Assembly (NCBI GenBank): GCA_964398115.1 | Contig: CAYNLP010000005.1 | Coordinates: 1 to 45,257, forward strand | Direction of reading: 5' to 3' | Length of the DNA: 45,257 nucleotides | From: an uncultured Methanosarcinales archaeon | Lineage (GTDB): Archaea > Nanobdellota > Nanobdellia > Woesearchaeales > CAYNLP01 | Part shown: positions 16,464 to 24,149 of the stretch, piece by piece | Position numbering within the stretch: position 1 is the stretch's first letter | Layout of the letters: every line of letters starts with the position of its first letter | Notes under the pieces: generated by a model | The model's input: only the letters and a program-made list of their open reading frames with translations | What the model was told of the DNA's origin: nothing | Databases searched by the model: none | Translations under genes and position numbers: made by a program

Positions 16464-17777
16464 TTAATGGTGTTCTCGTAGTTTCTTTATAGCTTGATCA
16501 AGTTCGTTCAACTTCTGCCTTACCGATCTACTATCACCTTTCTTTACTAATTCATCTAGTTCGTTAACCTTCGCTTTCAAATCTTGTAAGTGCTCTACCC
16601 CTTCTTCGCCACTTTCACGACTGAACTCAGGTGGCTGCTCTGCTTCTTTTGAAAGTTCTTCACTGATGCTGTCAGCTTTTTGACTGAACTCTTCAATCTC
16701 ATCTTTTATCATATCTGTTTCTTCACTTGCTTGTTCAACATCTTCTTCAAAACTTTCCGGTTTGTACTCTGGAGGTTCTTCACCACCTTCTTCTTTTGAC
16801 TGTTCTGATTCTATGCCTGGATGTGTTTCTGGTCTTTCCTCAACTCGTTCTTTTTCTTCTTCTACGTTAATGATTCTATCTACCAGTATGAGGTATACTT
16901 CTCCGTTTTCTAATGTGTAATATGTTCTTACGTCGTTTTCCAAGACATTACTTGACTTTTTAGCGAGGCGTGCTAGTTCAACAACTGTTTTGTCATCAAT
17001 TTTTTGATTCTCTCCCCGATCCCCTATGGATCTTCTTTCCATATCTCCGTTTTCGTTTCTACCTACTTGTTGAACTTGATGTGCTATTTGACTTTCTTCT
17101 AGTTTCAAGTCTTTGCTTACTTCGAAATAATCTTTCTCTAAGCCCATGCCGTATTCTGGGAATCCAAACCAGGTTTCTACACTTATCTTATTGGAATCTC
17201 TTAGTGCTTTTGCTTCTGCGCTTGTATCACTGTCTGGCATTTTTTGTATGATAAGTCCGGAGTAGAATTCACTTATGTTTTGATTTTCTCTGTGTTTGAA
17301 AGCATCTCTTGTGAACAAGGATGACCAAGACATCTTTACTGCGTCGAGGAGTTCATCTAATCCTTTCACGTTTTGGAATATACCTCCAAAGCCGTTGTCT
17401 CCTAGGTTGTAGTTAGGACTGGGTATGAGAGTTACGTACGCGTCTTCTTCCTCTCCTACGATTTGACTTGCACTTCCTTCTTCATCTACGCTTAAGGTTT
17501 GGTATGCTTCTTCAATGTTTTTTCTAACATCTCTTGGTATGTCTCCACGCATGGCTACTTGTTGTAAGCTGTCGTAGTCTTCATCTGCTAAGAATTCGGC
17601 ACCTATCTCTTCTATATCATTGTGGGCTACGTATTTTTCGAGAGCTTCTGCGGTTATTACAAATCCTAGTGGTGTGTCAATGTGTTTTCTAGAAAGCCTT
17701 GCGAGGTCTAAAGCTCTCTGTCCTACACTGTCTCTGTCCGCTTTGTCTACGTTTCCTAAAGTTACTATGTAATCCAT
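16464..17777 (-). CDS. stand-alone PEP/pyruvate-binding (PPDK N-terminal, ATP-grasp-like) domain protein with an acidic coiled-coil tail
   Basis: N-terminus VGQRALDLARLSRKHIDTPLGFVITAEAL is typical of PEP synthase / PPDK nucleotide-binding domains. No phospho-His swivel or PEP-binding TIM domain follows. The last 120 aa or so are E/K-rich. Confidence 0.6.
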   Translation of the reverse strand: MDYIVTLGNVDKADRDSVGQRALDLARLSRKHIDTPLGFVITAEALEKYVAHNDIEEIGAEFLADEDYDSLQQVAMRGDIPRDVRKNIEEAYQTLSVDEEGSASQIVGEEEDAYVTLIPSPNYNLGDNGFGGIFQNVKGLDELLDAVKMSWSSLFTRDAFKHRENQNISEFYSGLIIQKMPDSDTSAEAKALRDSNKISVETWFGFPEYGMGLEKDYFEVSKDLKLEESQIAHQVQQVGRNENGDMERRSIGDRGENQKIDDKTVVELARLAKKSSNVLENDVRTYYTLENGEVYLILVDRIINVEEEKERVEERPETHPGIESEQSKEEGGEEPPEYKPESFEEDVEQASEETDMIKDEIEEFSQKADSISEELSKEAEQPPEFSRESGEEGVEHLQDLKAKVNELDELVKKGDSRSVRQKLNELDQAIKKLREHH

Positions 17778-17818
17778 TACTTTATTTCACTGCCGAGAAA
17801 TTATTTAAAGGTTGTGTT

Positions 17819-18601
17819 TTACGTCACTCTTTGAATTGCTTCTTGAACGGTCTTACCTCGATACACTATATCTTTTAATGCTTTGGTCATGCTGTACGGT
17901 TTAGGATGTTGCCAAACATTCCTACCCATCGAGATTCCGGTTGCGCCAGCGTCCATCGCTGCTTTTACAGCTTCCAAAACCGTGTGGTCATCACGCTTCT
18001 CCCCTCCACTTAGCAGTACTCTGCATTTACCAGCGCTTCGGACAATCCAGGGGAATCCTTGATTGTCTTGGTTATACTTTATTTTGACAAAGTCTGCACC
18101 GAGTTCTAAGGCTATCCTGGCTGCGTATGCGATGTTGTCAGTGCTTGTTTCATCATGTACTTCCGGACCTTTAGGATACATCCAAGCAATTACAGGAATG
18201 CCGTAGTCGTGCGCTTTGTCTACTATTTCTCCAAATTCTTGAAACATTTCAGCTTCGGCGCTGCTCCCGTCATAGATTGTGTATCCTATCGCGTCCGCGC
18301 CGAGTTTCATAGCTCTTTCTACACTGCAGTACTGCCTCGAAACTGGGTTTAGGTGTGCTAGGTCGGTTTGTCCGTTAAGTTTCAGAACTAAAGGTACATC
18401 CTTGTACGGGCCCATGTAGTATTTTTCCGCTACTCCTGGTTGTAAGACTATTCCTGAATAGTCGCCTTCAAGTGCGAGGTTGAGAATGTTTTCTGGATCG
18501 GCTGTTCTGCGATTGAAATTTTTAGGGCCGTGTTCTAAGCCGTGATCATAAGCTAGGAGCATGCACTTGTCGTTCCGAAGAATCTTACTTATTTTGACCA
18601 A
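17819..18601 (-). CDS. fbaB: class I fructose-bisphosphate aldolase of the archaeal DhnA/FbaB family (or the related ADH synthase)
   Basis: LLAYDHGLEHGP, DFVKIKY (Schiff-base Lys context), and GISMGRNVWQ. TTG start with GAGGTGA 7 nt upstream. Confidence 0.8.
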   Translation of the reverse strand: MVKISKILRNDKCMLLAYDHGLEHGPKNFNRRTADPENILNLALEGDYSGIVLQPGVAEKYYMGPYKDVPLVLKLNGQTDLAHLNPVSRQYCSVERAMKLGADAIGYTIYDGSSAEAEMFQEFGEIVDKAHDYGIPVIAWMYPKGPEVHDETSTDNIAYAARIALELGADFVKIKYNQDNQGFPWIVRSAGKCRVLLSGGEKRDDHTVLEAVKAAMDAGATGISMGRNVWQHPKPYSMTKALKDIVYRGKTVQEAIQRVT

Positions 18602-18654
18602 AACACCCTCACCTCTTTTTCTTATTAGAAGGTATGTTGCTTATATAAATTTTT

Positions 18655-19641
18655 TCAAACCTCTTCCCACATCATTTCTCTTTCGTCACCGGGTAGGAGG
18701 CCTTCCATTTCTTCCATGTTCAAAAGCTTGTTGTGAGCACCGTAATGTCGGAGGACGCTTTCTGAATTTATCATACCCATTCGAATGCAAGTCTCTAAAT
18801 TTTTATTTTGTGCTAGGCCTGCTACAAAGGCGGAAGCGCAGGCATCACCTGCGCCTGTTGTTTCAAGCACTTCACACTCAGCATGGGGTTTGGCCTCTAA
18901 TATCTGGTTTCCGTCAGTAGCCACTACCCCTTCTGATCCTTTGGTAATAACCGCCTTTTCCATTCCGAGGTTTAAGAATTCTCTGAGATTATCTTTTGCA
19001 TTCTTTTCATCTAGAAGGTCTTCTGCCTCTTCCTCATTGAGTATTATAGCGTGAGATTTCTCCACTATTTCTCTGACGAAGTCAAGTCCTTTCTTTGTAA
19101 CTGTAGAGGAGGGAGCATAAACTATTTTCATATCTTTTTCTTTAGCCTGGCTCGCAACTTTCTTCATAGTATCGAGGCTGTCTTCTAACATGCTGGACAG
19201 GTAAATGTATTTCGAATCAAGTTTTTCTTGATCTATCTCTTCTAATCGTAGGTCATTATTGCAACCTTTAAAGGTTAAAATAGTCCTGTCTTCTTGCATG
19301 GTACTGTCTAGAATGACTGAAAAACCAGACTTATCTCCTCTAGCTCCGATGAACTCAACCCGTTCTTCTTCCAATCGTTGAAGTATCTTCTCTCCATTGG
19401 CATCTCTACCTATCTTGCCAAGGTATGCCGTGTTTAATCCGAGTCTGCTCAAAGCCACAGCTGAGTTAACGCCGTTCCCGCCAACGTCGTACCTCATTTC
19501 CTTTATTACTATCTTGGATCCGAGCGGATAAGCGATGAGTTCTTCTTCAGAAGTCGGAGTCTTGATATCTATGTATTCATCTCCTTCAGTATCGGCAAAA
19601 GCATCAATGGTGCTAGAACCCATAGTTATGACGTCGAACAT
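18655..19641 (-). CDS. PfkB-family carbohydrate/nucleoside kinase
   Basis: Ribokinase-like motifs GGNGVNSAVALSRLG and TTGAGDACASAF. GAGGTG lies 4 nt before the ATG at 19641; the track start at 19659 lacks an SD site. Confidence 0.85.
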   Translation of the reverse strand: MFDVITMGSSTIDAFADTEGDEYIDIKTPTSEEELIAYPLGSKIVIKEMRYDVGGNGVNSAVALSRLGLNTAYLGKIGRDANGEKILQRLEEERVEFIGARGDKSGFSVILDSTMQEDRTILTFKGCNNDLRLEEIDQEKLDSKYIYLSSMLEDSLDTMKKVASQAKEKDMKIVYAPSSTVTKKGLDFVREIVEKSHAIILNEEEAEDLLDEKNAKDNLREFLNLGMEKAVITKGSEGVVATDGNQILEAKPHAECEVLETTGAGDACASAFVAGLAQNKNLETCIRMGMINSESVLRHYGAHNKLLNMEEMEGLLPGDEREMMWEEV

Positions 19642-19699
19642 GTTACACCTCTTTTTCATTTCTCTCTTCTTGAAAGAAGTATATAAACTTGTTGATTAC

Positions 19700-19725
19700 A
19701 TTTATTTTCTATATAGAAAATAAAT
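19700..19725. promoter_or_regulatory. perfect 26-bp palindrome (operator-like) centred in a divergent promoter
   Basis: ATTTATTTTCTATATAGAAAATAAAT equals its own reverse complement. It lies about 71 nt from the ATG at 19641 and about 73 nt from the ATG at 19786, between two outward-facing TTTATATA boxes (19679-19686 and 19743-19750). Confidence 0.6.
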
Positions 19726-19785
19726 AATGATTCAAACAAAATTTTATATAAAGTAAAATTTTCCACAAAAACTAGGTGATGTTTG

Positions 19786-19992
19786 ATGTCCAGACTTGTA
19801 AAGCATGATAGCAATGGACCAGAAAAGGTAGAAGTTGGCGATGAATCAGTTTATATTTGTCAGTGTGGATTGTCCGATAACAAGCCTATGTGTGACGGAA
19901 GCCATGCCAAAACTCAAGATGAAGAAGATGATGAACTTTACGTCTATGATGAAGATGGTAATCGTGTAAAAATTGAATCCTTGTACGAATGA
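19786..19992 (+). CDS. CDGSH-type iron-sulfur domain protein
   Basis: CQCGLSDNKPMCDGSHAK. GGTGA Shine-Dalgarno site upstream of the ATG at 19786. Confidence 0.85.
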   Translation: MSRLVKHDSNGPEKVEVGDESVYICQCGLSDNKPMCDGSHAKTQDEEDDELYVYDEDGNRVKIESLYE

Positions 19993-20708
19993 AACTCCCT
20001 TTAATTAGAAAAGAGGAAGTTGCAGAAGACACCATGTCTTTCTATTTCGACATATCAAACCAAGACCTAGACTTCAAACCGGGTCAATTTGGAAACTTCG
20101 TCCTTGAAGACATGGTCGAAGAGGATAACAAAGGGAATATGCGTTCTTTTTCAATCGCTAGCAGTCCTAACAACAATGAGGAATTGATGATAGCCACTAG
20201 GATGAGAGAGAGCGCTTTCAAAAAGAGTTTGAAGCAGATGAGCGAAGGTGATGAGATAAACTTCATGGGACCCATGGGCAACTTCACATTGCACAGGAAC
20301 ACTGACAAACCCGCTATACTACTTGCAGGAGGAATCGGCATAACACCTTATCTAAGCATGGTAAAGTATGCGACAGAAGAACAAACCAATCATGAATTAT
20401 ATCTTTTCTACAGCAATCGTACGCCGGAAAGCACTGCTTTCTTAAAAGAACTTCAACTGTTAGAAGAAAAAAACGATAACTTCACGCTAATACCGACAAT
20501 AACGGATTCGGAAAATCAAGATTGGGATTATGAATATGGACGTATCGGACCAGAAATGTATGAAAAACATTTGGATGATGAAACAATTGAAAGTAGCGTT
20601 TGGTACGTGGTAGGACCTCCAAACATGGTTAAAGGAGTGAGAGAAAATCTCATAGATTGGAAAGTAGACGAGTTAATGATAGAAAGTGAAGACTTCTCCG
20701 GATACTAG
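19989..20708 (+). CDS. ferredoxin-NADP reductase-like FAD/NAD(P)-binding oxidoreductase
   Basis: RSFSIAS (RxYS-type FAD motif) and LLAGGIGITP (NAD-binding). ATGA overlap with the CDGSH gene. Confidence 0.85.
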   Translation: MKLPLIRKEEVAEDTMSFYFDISNQDLDFKPGQFGNFVLEDMVEEDNKGNMRSFSIASSPNNNEELMIATRMRESAFKKSLKQMSEGDEINFMGPMGNFTLHRNTDKPAILLAGGIGITPYLSMVKYATEEQTNHELYLFYSNRTPESTAFLKELQLLEEKNDNFTLIPTITDSENQDWDYEYGRIGPEMYEKHLDDETIESSVWYVVGPPNMVKGVRENLIDWKVDELMIESEDFSGY

Positions 20709-21658
20709 ATGTTATCTAAAACTTCATGAGCATCACTAGTATGCAAATAAGGCTTTATTCTTTCCCAATCTCCACCAAATTCACTCTTTAACTGTGTAAA
20801 CCTGTAATCCCTTTCTCTGTTACTAACCCTAGCCTTTTTATCAGCCTCTATCAAACCATAAGGGTATCCTGGAAAGACAGGATCATTACTCATACTTTTC
20901 AAAACTTTCAACAAACTTTCCTCAAAGTCAAACGTGTCAATCCGAAAAACATGATTAGAATTTTCATTAAGCCTCGCAAACAACACTTCTACACCCCCTC
21001 CTTCAAATACTGGTTTGTAATACCAACTCCCATTCTTCAGACTTGAAATAGCAGCGGAAAAAACCCTGCCTCTTTCCGTCATCAAACCACTCGTCTTCGA
21101 CAATCCCGTCACTGCAGAATCTTTTTTTCTTAAAACTTGCAGAAGTTGTTCTTCCTGTCTTACCCTACTGTATAAACTACCATCTAATACTATGTAATCC
21201 GCATCAACGTCTTTAGCTAATTTTAACTCGAATAAACGTCTACACACACTTGCTATCTTCTGCGCTCTCACTCTCTCTTCACCAGTTTTCAAACCAGGTT
21301 CGTCATTGTCAAACTCCAACTTTGGCATAGCCGTTTCCGGAAAAGTTTGCACCTCAAAGCCTCCATCTTCAAGCGTTACTAAAAGTTCAAAACTTTCTCT
21401 TTCTTCACCAGTTTTTTCTCTACCCTCGTACTTCACAACCGCCCCTCTAATTAGTTGTAAAGAAAAACTAGCCGCGCCCAAAACTTCTGCGTTTCCACCA
21501 TCGATGAAAGCAACTTCACTCTTTTTAGAAGAATCTATCTTGTGAAAGTTTTCTTTTGAAATAGGAACAGGTTTTTGCCCCTCTTCTAACGTGAGTGCTT
21601 TATCCTCCTCTATGCTTTCATCACTTACTATTTCTAAAACTCTTTCTTTAACACCCAT
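20705..21658 (-). CDS. nurA: NurA-like nuclease domain protein
   Basis: AFIDGGNAEV and DYIVLDGSL acidic motifs, with length in the NurA pattern. The assignment is by eye only. Confidence 0.6.
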   Translation of the reverse strand: MGVKERVLEIVSDESIEEDKALTLEEGQKPVPISKENFHKIDSSKKSEVAFIDGGNAEVLGAASFSLQLIRGAVVKYEGREKTGEERESFELLVTLEDGGFEVQTFPETAMPKLEFDNDEPGLKTGEERVRAQKIASVCRRLFELKLAKDVDADYIVLDGSLYSRVRQEEQLLQVLRKKDSAVTGLSKTSGLMTERGRVFSAAISSLKNGSWYYKPVFEGGGVEVLFARLNENSNHVFRIDTFDFEESLLKVLKSMSNDPVFPGYPYGLIEADKKARVSNRERDYRFTQLKSEFGGDWERIKPYLHTSDAHEVLDNI

Positions 21659-21688
21659 ATATTAGAAGTTAAAGCTTTAGTGATTTAT

Positions 21689-22306
21689 TTACTCTTCGGG
21701 CGTTGGGTTAGGACCAGTACCGCCTTTAGGATGGAAGTTTTCCGGTTTTTCAAACGGTACTTTCATATCTAAGAATTGTTTTATCCATCCACTAAAGAAA
21801 TAAGCTTCTCTCCACAGTTCTCTCTTCCACTTTTCTTTCTGCTGCTTCCACAAACGATTCCTATACCAATTGTCAAAGTGTTTAAGAAACCAATGATCTT
21901 TCCACATATTCTTATAATCGAGTTGAAGCCAAGCTTCAATCTGAAGCGTTAAGTCTCCTCTCCAAGTACTCACTTTCTGACCTTCTTGCACCACTTCAGT
22001 CTTGCTAGCTACTAGATTTCTCCAATTGATGAGCATAACGTATCGAAAGTAATTATTCTCTATCGGGAACTTTTGAAGACGCCACCAAGCTCTATGCTCT
22101 CGAGTGCCACCTTGCAATCTCTTTTCGTAGTAGTAGTGTTCAAACTTGTCATCATCGCTGTCTGGATCTTCCCAACTATGATCTTCAAGCCAGTCATGCA
22201 TCCACTCATACAAGTTCTTCACATGGAAAACGTCTTCTTTCTCTATTTCAAACTGAGCGGCTTTAACATCCCTCTCATCTCCAGGTCTTAACAACTCTCC
22301 TACCAT
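21689..22306 (-). CDS. hypothetical Trp-rich protein
   Basis: ORF has 18 Trp residues (for example AWWRLQKF and NWYRNRLWKQQKEKWKRELW). TATA-like TTTAAATA lies about 26-34 nt upstream of the ATG at 22306; the track start is TTG at 22327. Confidence 0.55.
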   Translation of the reverse strand: MVGELLRPGDERDVKAAQFEIEKEDVFHVKNLYEWMHDWLEDHSWEDPDSDDDKFEHYYYEKRLQGGTREHRAWWRLQKFPIENNYFRYVMLINWRNLVASKTEVVQEGQKVSTWRGDLTLQIEAWLQLDYKNMWKDHWFLKHFDNWYRNRLWKQQKEKWKRELWREAYFFSGWIKQFLDMKVPFEKPENFHPKGGTGPNPTPEE

Positions 22307-22335
22307 ACTTTCATAATAAACAAACAAGATACTAT

Positions 22336-23028
22336 TTAAACGTTACTGAGAAATTCTAAGTCAGTATATAAATCATCCACTAAGAAATCTTCTCCATACT
22401 CTACAGCTAAGAAATCACCAATTTCTCGTCTTCTATCCTTCAAAAATTGCAAAACCTCCCCATCCATCAAATTCATCTGAGATTCATAACACTTCACTAA
22501 TTCTTCCCACTCCTCAATATAATCAGAAACGTCGCAAACAAATTGTAGCCGTCGCTGTCCTGGCACCATGTAATAAACTATTTGATCAGCACACCAGCTT
22601 TCACCATCTAATTCATCCAATCCATCAAACTTTGCATATCTAGCAGCAAACCTTGCAATCTCTCCCGTAGCAACGTGGTCAGGATGAGCTCTCCCATCCC
22701 TATGACTACCGTGTTGCGTGTGATAAGGAGCAAAAATTATTCTAGGCTGATATTTTCTTATAACCCTTGCCAATTCAACCCTACTGTTAAAATTATCGAA
22801 TACCTTACAATCTTTAAAGTCTAGAATTTCTAGTTCAAAACCAGCCATTTCAGCTGCCTTATTCATTTCTTTTCTTCGAATTTCTGGACTGCCGTACGTA
22901 CCAGATTCGCCCAAGGTCAAGACACAAACAGCTACTTCAAAACCTTCATCTATCAACTTTAGAATCGTACCACCCATACCAAACTCTGCGTCATCCGGAT
23001 GAGCTGAAAATATCAAAAAGTCTGCCAT
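22336..23028 (-). CDS. LmbE/PIG-L family N-acetylglucosaminyl deacetylase
   Basis: AHPDDAEFGMGGT and HPDH motifs. Confidence 0.85.
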   Translation of the reverse strand: MADFLIFSAHPDDAEFGMGGTILKLIDEGFEVAVCVLTLGESGTYGSPEIRRKEMNKAAEMAGFELEILDFKDCKVFDNFNSRVELARVIRKYQPRIIFAPYHTQHGSHRDGRAHPDHVATGEIARFAARYAKFDGLDELDGESWCADQIVYYMVPGQRRLQFVCDVSDYIEEWEELVKCYESQMNLMDGEVLQFLKDRRREIGDFLAVEYGEDFLVDDLYTDLEFLSNV

Positions 23029-23063
23029 TAAAAGTTTAGAATGAAGTTAGAATTATTTAAAAT

Positions 23064-24149
23064 TTAAGGCAGCCAAGTATTGGGATTATCCAATTTCTCT
23101 GGAAGGTAATCACTGATAACGTAATTCAAACCATGCCTTGCTAGGCTTTGCTGTTCTGCTCGCACGCCCATTTTTTTCATTTTTTTCAAAGCTTCCTGCC
23201 ATTCCTCATGATGATGTACAAACGGGTCGTTATCCAAGGCGTCTTCAATTCTTTTAATATCAACATCCCTTAATGGATGAGTTGGCAGGTCGTAATTTTC
23301 TATATCACTGGGTGTTACTCCAATGAATTGTGCTCTTGGAACACAGAAGAATTCGTTTATGTGTGCTGCGTTTCCACTACCCACTTTTAACGTCCGGTAA
23401 ATGTTGTTAGTACCATAAGGATCGGCGTCTGTAAACACATAAACTGGAATGTCTTGACTGTCGCTAAGTCTTCGTATGAATCTTCTGGTAGCTCTTGTTG
23501 GCACACCCCCCATGCTGACAAGAATGCAATTGTGGTCGTCCCAGAAGCCGTGGCTTACTAATCTTTGAAACATACCCGCAGTTTCAATTGCCATGACAAA
23601 GTCAGCATCAGTTTCAAATTCTAGATGTTCTACAGATGTAGGGACTGAGTAAGCTCCACTTCCAAACTTTGTACAGTCAATTCTTAATTCATCACCGCTT
23701 TCATCTTCATCTATAACTATTAAGTCCCCAGCGACGTCGCCCCCTTTTTCTTCAGGGTTAAAACCGAGTTGTTCTCTGTTGACCCGGATCATTGCTTCGA
23801 TATCATCTAATACTGTGTCAGACTCTTTCTGTTCTTCAAACTTTGCATCCTCCCAGTTCTTACTCACATAATAAGCTTCTCTTTTCGTCATCATATCATC
23901 GTTTTCCACAACATTTTTCGCTTCGCTCATCAAACGCAAAGTTTGTGCAAAAGTTTTAATAGTGTTAGCAGATAAAGTTCTTCTCTTCTCTTTTTCGTCT
24001 AATTCAAAATAACCATCATCGCTATCATATTTTACATTGCTTAAACTCCTTACTGGCATGTTCAACGAAGGTTTTTGCATCTCTTCTATACTTTCATAAA
24101 CCTCTTTAGCTGTTTGTTTCAACTTTTCTAATACTTCATCCTTCGCCAT
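23064..24149 (-). CDS. top6A: DNA topoisomerase VI subunit A (Spo11-like)
   Basis: REAYYVS (catalytic Tyr context) and Toprim motifs IETAGMF and FTDADPYG. Confidence 0.93.
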   Translation of the reverse strand: MAKDEVLEKLKQTAKEVYESIEEMQKPSLNMPVRSLSNVKYDSDDGYFELDEKEKRRTLSANTIKTFAQTLRLMSEAKNVVENDDMMTKREAYYVSKNWEDAKFEEQKESDTVLDDIEAMIRVNREQLGFNPEEKGGDVAGDLIVIDEDESGDELRIDCTKFGSGAYSVPTSVEHLEFETDADFVMAIETAGMFQRLVSHGFWDDHNCILVSMGGVPTRATRRFIRRLSDSQDIPVYVFTDADPYGTNNIYRTLKVGSGNAAHINEFFCVPRAQFIGVTPSDIENYDLPTHPLRDVDIKRIEDALDNDPFVHHHEEWQEALKKMKKMGVRAEQQSLARHGLNYVISDYLPEKLDNPNTWLP

